Assembly (NCBI GenBank): GCA_035695105.1
Contig: DASSEV010000004.1
Location: forward strand, 21,757-85,756
Reading direction: 5' to 3'
Origin: Gaiellales bacterium
GTDB lineage: Bacteria > Actinomycetota > Thermoleophilia > Gaiellales > JAICJC01
Length of the DNA stretch: 64,000 bases
Shown piece by piece: positions 52,758 through 60,944 of the stretch. A program made the position numbers and the translations under genes. Positions within the stretch are counted from its first letter, which is position 1, and the number at the start of each line of letters is the position of its first letter. The notes beneath the pieces were generated by a model that made no database searches, was not told the origin of the DNA, and was given only the letters and a program-made list of their open reading frames with translations.

Positions 52758-53837
52758 ATGCTGACCGCCGATGCACCCGCGGCGTCTGGACGTGAGCTGA
52801 CGCTTGGTGTCGTCGCGGCGCCGGGGCTACCGGCCGATATGGCACCGGACATGGCCGCCGACCTGGCGGCGGAGCTATCCCAGGCATATCCGCAGCTGAC
52901 ATGGCGGCTGCCGGTCGTCTCCGACGCACTGGTGGCGCCGCCGGCGCTGCTGCCCGACCTGATCGACGCCGGCCGGCGCAAGCTGCTCACGGAGCGGTGG
53001 GACATGGCGCTGTGTCTGACCGACCTGCCCCTGCCCTCGGCCGGGCTCACCGTCGCCGGTCATGTCAGCGTCAGCCACAGCGTCGTCGTCATCTCGGTGC
53101 CTGCGATCGGCGTCGTCGCCGTGCGCCGGCGGCTGCGCGAGGCGGCACTGCGGCTGATTGGTCGGGCCCTCGACGGCTCGACCCGCGGCGCGTCAACCGG
53201 TGGGAGGCTGCGCAGGCTCCAGGACCTCGCGGATCTGGGAGACGGCCTCAGCATGGGGTGGCGATCCGGGCGCGGCGGCGGCCGGCTGGTGGTGGGGATG
53301 CTTCGGGCGAACCGTCCCTGGCGGCTCGGCGTGAAGCTCTACCGGGCGCTGATCGCATCGCTGGCCGTCGTGGCCGCAGCCCTCGTAACCAGCGACGTGT
53401 GGCGGATCGCCGTCGCGATCGGCTGGGGCCGCCTGGGTGCAATCGCCGTCTTCGCAGTCCTGGTCACGACCGTCACGCTGATCATGGCTCACGACCTCTG
53501 GGAGACCAGCCACGACGAGCGGTCAAGCGACCAGATCGTGCTGTTCAACATCGTCACCTCGCTCAGCCTGCTGATCGGACTGCTCACGCTCTACGCCGGG
53601 CTGATCCTCGTAACGGCCGTGGGTGCCCTGCTGCTCGTGTCTATGCCGCTGTTTCACGAGGCAGTCGGACGCCCCGTGGGTGCCGTGCAGTACGTCGCGC
53701 TGATCTGGCTGGTTGCGTCGCTGGCGATGGTGGGCGGCGCGCTGGGAGCCGGCCTCGAGGCCGACTCGACTGTCCGCGAGGCCGCGTACGGCTACCGGCC
53801 CGACATCGAGCCACCCACCCAGCCCCAGGCCCGGTAG
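52758..53837 (+). CDS. Hypothetical protein: ~190-aa soluble alpha/beta-like N-domain plus ~5 TM helices
   Basis: Track ORF 359 aa. N-domain has alternating strand/helix pattern LTLGVVAAPG...WRLPVVSD...MALCLTDLPL...VVVISVPAIG. C-terminal part has hydrophobic helices. No family recognised. Confidence 0.65.
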   Translation: MLTADAPAASGRELTLGVVAAPGLPADMAPDMAADLAAELSQAYPQLTWRLPVVSDALVAPPALLPDLIDAGRRKLLTERWDMALCLTDLPLPSAGLTVAGHVSVSHSVVVISVPAIGVVAVRRRLREAALRLIGRALDGSTRGASTGGRLRRLQDLADLGDGLSMGWRSGRGGGRLVVGMLRANRPWRLGVKLYRALIASLAVVAAALVTSDVWRIAVAIGWGRLGAIAVFAVLVTTVTLIMAHDLWETSHDERSSDQIVLFNIVTSLSLLIGLLTLYAGLILVTAVGALLLVSMPLFHEAVGRPVGAVQYVALIWLVASLAMVGGALGAGLEADSTVREAAYGYRPDIEPPTQPQAR

Positions 53838-53858
53838 ACACGAACGGCGGCCGGGTTC

Positions 53859-54164
53859 TCAGACGGCCGATACCGCGGCCGCACAAAGCGCCTCGACGCG
53901 CGTGTCGTAGACCGCAATGCCGAGGCGCTTGCACGAGGCCGCCGCGTCGATCAGCCGCCGAGGAGGTGTACCGGGGGGAGCGAACGCGACCATGCTGCCG
54001 GCCCGGTCTACGTCGGCCACGCGGCGAAGGACGCCGAGGATCGAGCAGTCGATCAGCGCTGCGGCCGACAGATCGATGGTGACCGAGCCGGCGGTCAGCG
54101 CGTCTTCGAGGCAGTCCTCGACAGCCGTGGCCGTCGACAGATCATGCTGAATCCGCCTGATTGA
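53859..54164 (-). pseudogene. STAS-domain (anti-sigma-factor-antagonist-like) gene lacking its 5' end
   Basis: Minus-strand frame reads ...HDLSTATAVEDCLEDALTAGSVTIDLSAAALIDCSILGVLRRVADVDRAGSMVAFAPPGTPPRRLIDAAASCKRLGIAVYDTRVEALCAAAVSAV*. The frame stays open into the tRNA 3' end and there is no plausible start codon. Confidence 0.45.
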
Positions 54165-54168
54165 GCGA

Positions 54169-54242
54169 TAGCGGAGGAGGGACTCGAACCCCCGACACGC
54201 GGATTATGATTCCGCTGCTCTAACCGACTGAGCTACTCCGCC
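54169..54242 (-). tRNA. tRNA with CAU anticodon (elongator Met, or Ile2 if lysidine-modified); no encoded CCA
   Basis: Hand-folded cloverleaf: GGCGGAG-TA-GCTC-AGTCGGTTA-GAGC-A-GCGGA-ATCATAA-TCCGC-GTGTC-GGGGG-TTCGAGT-CCCTC-CTCCGCT-A. 74 nt. G1:U72 wobble. Confidence 0.9.
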
Positions 54243-54255
54243 GAGCGCCCGGAGT

Positions 54256-55293
54256 TTAGCCGTCGCCGAGCCAGCGCTGCAGGATCCGGATGCAGCCCTC
54301 CACCGCGTCGAGATGGGCGATCTCGAAGCCATGGGTGTTCTCGGTGGCGACCGCCAGGCAGGCGCTTCGCGCCACGCGGCCGGTGTCGATGCTGGTCGAG
54401 GCGTCGGAGCCGTACCGCGTCACCACGGCGTGCCGCACGCCGATCCCCTCGGCCGCGCCCGCGTCGGCCAGCTCGTCCGACACCCCGTCGTCGAGCGGGC
54501 CGTACGCGTCCGCCCTGACCAGCACCGGATCCGGCCCCGGATCGAGCGCGTACTCCTCCGCCACCGGCACCACCTCCAGCGCAACCAGCACCTCCGCGTC
54601 CGTGCGCCGTGCGTAGTACTGCGACCCCTGGCACCCGACCTCCTCGCGCGCCGTGAACACCAGGTCGATCGGCCGCGCCGGCCCCGGCACGCGTGCCGCG
54701 AGCTCGAGCAGCATCGCCACGGCCACCTTGTCGTCGAGCGCGTAGCTCGCCACGTACTCGCCCTCCTCGCCGAGCCGCACCGCCTGCTTGCGCGACCGCG
54801 CCGCCACCACTCGCGAGCCGGCGGTCACGCCGGCCGCCACCAGCGCCTCGGGCCCGAGCTTCGTCTCGATCCAGGCGTCCTTCCACTTCACCGGCGTGTC
54901 GTCCAACTGCTTTCGCTGCGGCGACTCGTCGGACACGTGCCGCGCTCCGAACGACAGCACGCCGAGCACCGTCCCCGTGCGCCCGAGGATCTCGACCGGC
55001 CCCTCGCCCCAGATCCACGGATGCGCATCGCCCAGCGTCTGCGCCCGCAGGCGGCCGCCGTCCTCCACCCGCTTGACGATGCCGCCGATCTCGTCCTTGT
55101 GCGCGAGCAGCGCGGCCCGTCCGCGCGTCCCCTCGCCCAGCGACAGGATGATGTTGCCCGCGCCGTCTGTGCGCGGCTCGCCGTGCGGTGCCAGCGCCGC
55201 CAGCAGATGCTCGTCCATCTCGCGCTCGACGCCGCTTGGGGAGTGCAGCGCGGTCAGCGTGCGGATCGACTCGAACAGCGCGTCTCGGGACAC
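54256..55293 (-). CDS. M42 family metallopeptidase (glutamyl aminopeptidase/endoglucanase-like)
   Basis: Track ORF 54256..55428. GTG at 55293 gives VSRDALFESIRTLTALHSPSGVEREM...LLAHKDEIG...YALDDKVAV...REEVG. Confidence 0.85.
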   Translation of the reverse strand: MSRDALFESIRTLTALHSPSGVEREMDEHLLAALAPHGEPRTDGAGNIILSLGEGTRGRAALLAHKDEIGGIVKRVEDGGRLRAQTLGDAHPWIWGEGPVEILGRTGTVLGVLSFGARHVSDESPQRKQLDDTPVKWKDAWIETKLGPEALVAAGVTAGSRVVAARSRKQAVRLGEEGEYVASYALDDKVAVAMLLELAARVPGPARPIDLVFTAREEVGCQGSQYYARRTDAEVLVALEVVPVAEEYALDPGPDPVLVRADAYGPLDDGVSDELADAGAAEGIGVRHAVVTRYGSDASTSIDTGRVARSACLAVATENTHGFEIAHLDAVEGCIRILQRWLGDG

Positions 55294-55439
55294 GGCCGCG
55301 CACCCTACCGCAGAGGGGCGGCAAACCGCACCCGCCAACGTGGGGAAAGTGGAACCACGGCCGGGGGTTTGCCCTGATGCCATGCCAACCGGGAAACGGC
55401 AGACTGCCCGCCATGTTCTCTCCCCCAAGGAGTCTTCCG

Positions 55440-55661
55440 ATGACCGGCACCACCGCCATCTTCACACCGCTTCGCGAGCTCGCCCACCGCTCCACCGACG
55501 GCATCGACGTCACGCTGATGTGGGATCCCGTCGACGACCGCGCCTTCGTCGCCGTGGTCGACATGAAGAACGGCGTCGTCTTCGACATCGAGGTCGGGGA
55601 TCACAGCCCGATGCAGGTGTTCAACCACCCGTACGCCTACTGCGACGACATCGCCGCGTGA
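55440..55661 (+). CDS. Small conserved hypothetical protein (73 aa)
   Basis: ATG at 55440 after AAGGAG, within track ORF 55188..55661. Reads MTGTTAIFTPLRELAHRSTDGIDVTLMWDPVDDRAFVAVVDMKNGVVFDIEV... Confidence 0.6.
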   Translation: MTGTTAIFTPLRELAHRSTDGIDVTLMWDPVDDRAFVAVVDMKNGVVFDIEVGDHSPMQVFNHPYAYCDDIAA

Positions 55662-55748
55662 GCCACGGCGGCCGGCGCGGCGACGTGCCGGCCGCCGTAC
55701 CCGGCGAACCGGTTTAGACCAGATGGTTCTCCGGGTAGCGGTTCTCAC

Positions 55749-56588
55749 ATGACTACGGGCGATGTACTTCAGCAAGCAGCAGGCCACACCCAGCGCGCCG
55801 CGCATGGGCGGTGGTTCCGGATCCTCGCGCGCCTCGGCTTCGTGGCGCGCGGCGTCATCTACGCGCTGATCGGCGTCTTTGCGCTCGATCTCGCATTCGG
55901 CCGAAGCCAGGCCAATGCAAGCCAGGCGGGAGCGCTTCAGGCCGTTGCGCACCAGCCGTTCGGCGAGTGGCTCCTGATCATCATCACGGTCGGCCTTGCC
56001 GCCTACGCGTCGTGGCGCCTGATGCAGGCTCTGCTCGGGCACGGGCCCGAGGGCGGCGGCGAGAACAGCGCGGGCTACCGGCTCCAGGCGCTGGTCAGCG
56101 CCATCATCTACGCGTCGTTCACGCTGCTCGCCATCCGCATCCTGACGAGCCCCAACCACCACGCCGGCCAGAACCCGAAGGCGCATACCGCCGCCAGCGA
56201 CGTCCTCTCGCTCCCCGGTGGGCAGATCATGCTCGGGATCGCGGGCGTCGTCCTGATCGGCGTCGGCCTGTTCCAGGCGTACAAGGGCGTGTCGCGCAGC
56301 TTCGTCGACGAGGCGAAGACGAACGAGATGGGCCCGGCGATGCGCACATGGTATGAGCGCATCGGCGTGGTCGGCTACTGCGGTCGCGCGGCGGTGTTCC
56401 TTCTCATCGGCACCCTGGTGCTGTTTGCGGCCGTGCACGACACGGCCCGGCAGGCGAAGGGGCTGGACGGATCGCTACAGACGCTCGCGAACAAGCCGTA
56501 CGGCGCGGCCATCCTGTGCGCCGTCGCCGCCGCGCTGATCGCCTTCGGGCTGCTCTCCATGCTCGACGCGCGCTACCGCCGCGTCTGA
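55749..56588 (+). CDS. DUF1206 domain membrane protein
   Basis: Track ORF 279 aa. Three repeats of the pattern ARxGxxARGVIYxLIGxxA... Confidence 0.8.
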   Translation: MTTGDVLQQAAGHTQRAAHGRWFRILARLGFVARGVIYALIGVFALDLAFGRSQANASQAGALQAVAHQPFGEWLLIIITVGLAAYASWRLMQALLGHGPEGGGENSAGYRLQALVSAIIYASFTLLAIRILTSPNHHAGQNPKAHTAASDVLSLPGGQIMLGIAGVVLIGVGLFQAYKGVSRSFVDEAKTNEMGPAMRTWYERIGVVGYCGRAAVFLLIGTLVLFAAVHDTARQAKGLDGSLQTLANKPYGAAILCAVAAALIAFGLLSMLDARYRRV

Positions 56589-56611
56589 TCGCAATCCGGT
56601 AGAACCCCGGC

Positions 56612-58258
56612 ATGCCGGAACTGATAGTCGGCCCGCTGCTGCGCTACGCGGGCGACACCACAGCAACAGTCTGGGTGGAGGTCGACCGGCCGTGCGCCGT
56701 CTCGGTGCTCGGCCGCGAGACCCCCACCTTCCAGCTCGCGGGCCACCACTACGCGCTGGTGGTGCTCGAGGACCTGGAGCCCGGGACGCAGACCCCGTAC
56801 GACGTGCGGCTCGACGGCGAGGTGGTCTGGCCGGAGGGCGAGGGCGACAGGCGCCCGCCCAGCATCATCCGCACGAGGCACGAGCAGCCGCGGCTGCGGC
56901 TCATGTTCGGCTCGTGCCGCGTCGGCGCTCCCCAGCGTCCGCCTTACACGCTGCCGCCCGCCGAGCAGGGCTTCGGCGTCGACGCGCTGTGGGCCTACTC
57001 GCGCAGGCTGCAGGCCGGCCGTGAGCAGTGGCCCGACGGCCTCGTGCTGCTCGGCGACCAGGTCTACGCGGACGAGGTCTCGCCGGTGACCGAGGCGTTC
57101 ATCCGCAGCCGCCGCGACCCCGACCAGCCTCCTGGAATGGAGGTCGCCGACTTCGAGGAGTACACGCGCCTCTACCGCGAGGCGTGGAGCGATCCGGACA
57201 TCCGCTGGCTGCTCTCGACGGTGCCGGTGACGATGATCTTCGACGACCACGACATCCGCGACGACTGGAACTCCTCGGCGTCATGGCTGGCGGAGATCCG
57301 CCGGCAGCCGTGGTGGGAGGACCGCATCGCGGGCGGCCTGATGGCCTACTGGGTCTACCAGCACATCGGCAACCTGTCGCCGCCGGAGCTCGCCGAGGAG
57401 CCGATGTACGCCGCGGTGCGAGCTGCGGAGGACGGCGGCCCGATGCTGCGCGAGCACGTCCTTGCCGGCGACCGCGACACCGCCGGTGCCCGCTGGGCCT
57501 ACTACCGCGACTTCGGGCGCACACGCGTGCTGGTCGTCGACTCCCGCGCGGCGCGCGTGCTCGACGGCGACGACCGCCGCTGGATGGTCGACGAGGAGGA
57601 GTGGCGCTGGATCGTCGAGCACACGCACGGGGACTTCGACCACCTGGTGATCGCCAGCACGCTGCCGGTCTTCCTCTCGCAGGGCATCCACAACCTCGAG
57701 GCGTGGAACGAGGCGGTCTGCGACGGGGCATGGGGCAGCCTCGCCAGCCGCGTCGGCGAGCGGCTGCGCCGGGAGATCGACCTCGAGCACTGGGCGGCGT
57801 TCGGCCGCTCGTTCGAGGACATGATCGACCTGCTTCGCGACGTCGCCACGGGGGCAAACGGGCCGCCGCCGGCCACCATCACGCTGCTCGGCGGCGACGT
57901 GCATCACCAGTACGTCGCGGACGTGCGCCTGAAGAGCACCACACGCGTACGCAGCCGGATCTACCAGGTCGTCTGCTCGCCGTTCCGAAACCCGCTCGAC
58001 CCGAAGCAGAAGCGGGTGGTGGGCATCGGAGCGGCCAAGCCGGTGGGGTGGGCGATGCGGCGGCTCGCGAAGGCGGCCGGCGTCGCCGAGCCGCGCGCCA
58101 GCTGGCGCATCACGGAGGGCCCGACCTTCGAGAACTCGATCGGCTCGTTCGAGGCTGAGGGCCGAGCCGCCCGCGTGACGGTCTGGTGCGCACTGCCCGA
58201 CGACGACACCGGGCCGCCGCTCGAGCCGCTGTTCAGCAAGGTGTTGTCAGCGGGGTAA
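56612..58258 (+). CDS. PhoD-like alkaline phosphatase / metallophosphoesterase family protein
   Basis: Track ORF 548 aa. Contains LLGDQVYADE and MIFDDHDIRDDWN motifs. No obvious signal peptide. Confidence 0.75.
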   Translation: MPELIVGPLLRYAGDTTATVWVEVDRPCAVSVLGRETPTFQLAGHHYALVVLEDLEPGTQTPYDVRLDGEVVWPEGEGDRRPPSIIRTRHEQPRLRLMFGSCRVGAPQRPPYTLPPAEQGFGVDALWAYSRRLQAGREQWPDGLVLLGDQVYADEVSPVTEAFIRSRRDPDQPPGMEVADFEEYTRLYREAWSDPDIRWLLSTVPVTMIFDDHDIRDDWNSSASWLAEIRRQPWWEDRIAGGLMAYWVYQHIGNLSPPELAEEPMYAAVRAAEDGGPMLREHVLAGDRDTAGARWAYYRDFGRTRVLVVDSRAARVLDGDDRRWMVDEEEWRWIVEHTHGDFDHLVIASTLPVFLSQGIHNLEAWNEAVCDGAWGSLASRVGERLRREIDLEHWAAFGRSFEDMIDLLRDVATGANGPPPATITLLGGDVHHQYVADVRLKSTTRVRSRIYQVVCSPFRNPLDPKQKRVVGIGAAKPVGWAMRRLAKAAGVAEPRASWRITEGPTFENSIGSFEAEGRAARVTVWCALPDDDTGPPLEPLFSKVLSAG

Positions 58259-59119
58259 CGGCTGGCGACTCGGCGCGGCCGTCTCTCGTGCGTCGGGACG
58301 GCGAGACGGCGCGCCGAGGCCGAGCATGCGGCTGCCGAACGCAATTGCGCAGATCGCACACCAGGCCCATCCGAGGGTCAGCCCTGCGACGACGTCGGAC
58401 ACCCAGTGGAAGTCGAGCAGCACGCGGCTGCAGGCGACCGCCACCGCCAGGCCGACGGCGAAGCCGACCAGCGCCGAGCGTGTGCGGCGGCTGCGGCGGC
58501 GCGCCAGCAACAGGGCCGCCGCGGCGAAGAAGGCAGCAGCCTGCGACGAGTGCCCGCTCGGGAACGACGGCCCGAGCGTGGCCGCAGCGGGGTTGAACGT
58601 TGGCCGAGCCCGGTCGACGGCCGCCTTGATCAGGTTGGTCACCGCACTGTCGCCGAGTGTGACAACGAGCAGGAACGGGATCAGCCAGCGGCTGCCGACC
58701 CGGCGCAGCTCCACCACAGCGAGCGCGATCGCCATCACCGCGATCGCAGCCGATGAGCCGAGCGTCGTGACAGCCGTGAGTCCGGTGGTCGACAGATGCG
58801 TCGCGTGGTCGTTGCCCCACCGCGCCGCCCACCGGTCGACCTCGACCAGCGTGCCGCTGTGCCGCAGCAGCAGGGCGAGCAGCCCGACCACGATGCCGCC
58901 GATCGCGACGACCACCAGGGACGCGGTCAGGGCCAGGCCGGTCGCCACGTCGGGATCCAGCCGGGCACGCAGCCGCCTGCGCCAGGGCGACTCGTCGAGC
59001 TCCTCGCGAACCTCTCGCGCAGCACGGTCGGCGGCGTCGGACGGGAGCCCCCGCACAGCCAGCCGCCAGGCGATCAGTCCGGCGAGGGTGGCGACGATGA
59101 GGAGTGCGAGGAATGGCAT
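58247..59119 (-). CDS. PAP2 (type 2 phosphatidic acid phosphatase) family membrane protein
   Basis: 290 aa from MPFLALLIVATLAG..., inside track ORF 58247..59998. Motifs KAAVDRARP, PSGHS and SRVLLDFHWVSDV. Confidence 0.85.
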   Translation of the reverse strand: MPFLALLIVATLAGLIAWRLAVRGLPSDAADRAAREVREELDESPWRRRLRARLDPDVATGLALTASLVVVAIGGIVVGLLALLLRHSGTLVEVDRWAARWGNDHATHLSTTGLTAVTTLGSSAAIAVMAIALAVVELRRVGSRWLIPFLLVVTLGDSAVTNLIKAAVDRARPTFNPAAATLGPSFPSGHSSQAAAFFAAAALLLARRRSRRTRSALVGFAVGLAVAVACSRVLLDFHWVSDVVAGLTLGWAWCAICAIAFGSRMLGLGAPSRRPDARETAAPSRQPLPR

Positions 59120-59167
59120 ACGGGACGATGTTTGCCCAAAGCGGTTCGCAGGGAAACGAAGTGGTAT

Positions 59168-59977
59168 ATGGCAACTCGCGCCGAAGCAGCCCGGCACACG
59201 GCCGTCCCGAAGCGGCAGCCCAATCAGAGTAGCGCCGGATCCCCGATCCTTGAACCACGCGGCAGCCTTTCGACGCGAATCGCAGACCGGGCCCGGGGCC
59301 ACCACCCCGTCACCGTGTTCCTCGCGATCGTGCTGACCGGATTCGCCCTGCTGGCCGGGCTCATGATGCTGCTCGGGCTCTTCCTCACCGACATGCTGCT
59401 TCCCTTCCACGGCTTCGGGCATGACGACGAACACGTGAACGTCGTGCTCGCGGCTCATCGCACCGGGTCGCTCAACACCGCCTCCGACGTGATGTCCGGC
59501 ATCGCGGACGTCTATGCAATCCCCGCCCTCATCGCCTTGACGGTGATCGCGGCGGCGATCAAGCGGCACTGGCGGATCGCCGGCTTCGTGCTCGCCGCCA
59601 TCTGCCTGGAGTCGGGCACCTACCGCGTGACCAGCTGGGTGATCGAACGGCATCGGCCGGAGGTGCACCGACTGGACAAGCTGCCCGTGATGGCGAGCTA
59701 TCCCTCCGGGCACGTGGCCGCCTCGGTGGCGGTCTACATCGGGCTCGCCCTGTTGCTGTCGTCGCGCTGGGAGTCGCGAGTGCTCCGGATCCCCGTCTGG
59801 GTGATCGCCCTCGCGATCCCGCCCCTGGTCGCGCTGGCCCGGATGTACCGCGGCATGCACCACCCGACCGACACGCTGGCGGGTCTGCTCCTCGGCATCG
59901 GAGCGCTGTCCATCGCGCTGTTCGCGGCCAGGTGTGCCGGCGGCGTCGCGGAACGGCGAGCGGAGCAGGCGGCGTGA
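59168..59977 (+). CDS. PAP2 family membrane phosphatase (second, divergent copy)
   Basis: ATG at 59168 within track ORF 58796..59977. Motifs RHRP, PSGHVAAS and ARMYRGMHHPTD. Confidence 0.85.
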   Translation: MATRAEAARHTAVPKRQPNQSSAGSPILEPRGSLSTRIADRARGHHPVTVFLAIVLTGFALLAGLMMLLGLFLTDMLLPFHGFGHDDEHVNVVLAAHRTGSLNTASDVMSGIADVYAIPALIALTVIAAAIKRHWRIAGFVLAAICLESGTYRVTSWVIERHRPEVHRLDKLPVMASYPSGHVAASVAVYIGLALLLSSRWESRVLRIPVWVIALAIPPLVALARMYRGMHHPTDTLAGLLLGIGALSIALFAARCAGGVAERRAEQAA

Positions 59978-60855
59978 GCACGATCGCGGTCGTCGCACAT
60001 GCCGGAAAGTCGATCGAGGGGGGACTCCCCCAGCTGCGAAAGACGCTCGAGGCCGCGGGCGTCGAGGTGCCGATCTGGTATGAGGTGCCGAAGAGCCGGA
60101 AGGCTCCCAAGCAGGTCAAGCGCGCGCTCAAGCAGGGCGCCGACCTCCTGATCGTGTGGGGCGGTGACGGCATGGTGCAGCGCTGCATCGACGCGATGGG
60201 CGGTTCCGACGCCACGCTCGCGATCATCCCCGCCGGCACGGCGAACCTGTTTGCGAGCAACCTCGGCATCCCCAAGGACATCGAGGGGGCCGTTCGCGTG
60301 GCCCTCTCCGGGCGCACCCAGGCGGTCGACGTGGCCCGCATGAACGGGGAGCGCTTCGCCGTGATGGCGGGAGCCGGGTTCGACGCCGAGATGATCCGCT
60401 CGGCCGACGGCGGCCTGAAGGACCGCCTGGGACGAGTGGCGTACATCTGGACGGGAGCCAAGGCCGTCCGGTCGAAGCCGTTCAAGGCGACGGTCGACGT
60501 CGACGGGTCTCCCTGGTTCACCGGGAAGGCGAGCTGTGTGCTGATCGGCAACGTCGGTGCGCTGTTCGGCGGCGTGACCGTGTTCGAGGATGCCGAGCCG
60601 GCCGACGGCATGGTCGACCTGGGGGTGATCACGGCGGACGGGCTCGTTCAGTGGGCGCGGACGGCGGCGCGGACGGCCGTCGGCAACATCGCGCAGTCGC
60701 CCTTCGCGCAGGTGACGCGAGGCAAGTCGGTCACGGTCAAGCTCGACCGGAAGGTGCGCTACCAGCTCGACGGCGGCGACCGCGAGAAGGTCAAGAAGTT
60801 CAGCGTCGAGGTGGAGCCCGCCTCGGTGCAGGTGCGCGTGCCCGTCGCAGCCTGA
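59974..60855 (+). CDS. Diacylglycerol-kinase-family lipid kinase (DAGK_cat/YegS-like)
   Basis: GTG at 59974 overlaps the PAP2 stop (GTGA), within track ORF 59932..60855. Contains LLIVWGGDGMV and IIPAGTANLFA. Confidence 0.85.
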   Translation: MSTIAVVAHAGKSIEGGLPQLRKTLEAAGVEVPIWYEVPKSRKAPKQVKRALKQGADLLIVWGGDGMVQRCIDAMGGSDATLAIIPAGTANLFASNLGIPKDIEGAVRVALSGRTQAVDVARMNGERFAVMAGAGFDAEMIRSADGGLKDRLGRVAYIWTGAKAVRSKPFKATVDVDGSPWFTGKASCVLIGNVGALFGGVTVFEDAEPADGMVDLGVITADGLVQWARTAARTAVGNIAQSPFAQVTRGKSVTVKLDRKVRYQLDGGDREKVKKFSVEVEPASVQVRVPVAA

Positions 60856-60860
60856 GCTCG

Positions 60861-60895
60861 GGTGAACCGAGAGTGCCAGGCACTTTTCGTTCACC
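60861..60895 (+). terminator. Rho-independent-type terminator after the lipid kinase gene
   Basis: Outer stem GGTGAAC/GTTCACC encloses AGTGCC-a-GGCACT, followed by TTTT. This is one of the few T-runs in the window. Confidence 0.55.
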
Positions 60896-60944
60896 GCGCG
60901 AAGCGGCACACGACTGCGACGGTTTGTGACGGGCCTGTGAGACC

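Larger units (their letters stand above)
40042..54242. mobile_element. Putative composite, decayed genomic island at tRNA-Met(CAU)
   Basis: There is an intact tRNA at 54169-54242 and an exact 48-nt copy of its 3' half at 52079-52126. A tyrosine-integrase C-terminal remnant lies at 41924-42216 and broken genes at 51467-51854. GC is visibly lower: spot count 63% for one 60-nt line at 40154 versus 82% for one line at 25381. The left boundary is approximate. Confidence 0.5.
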
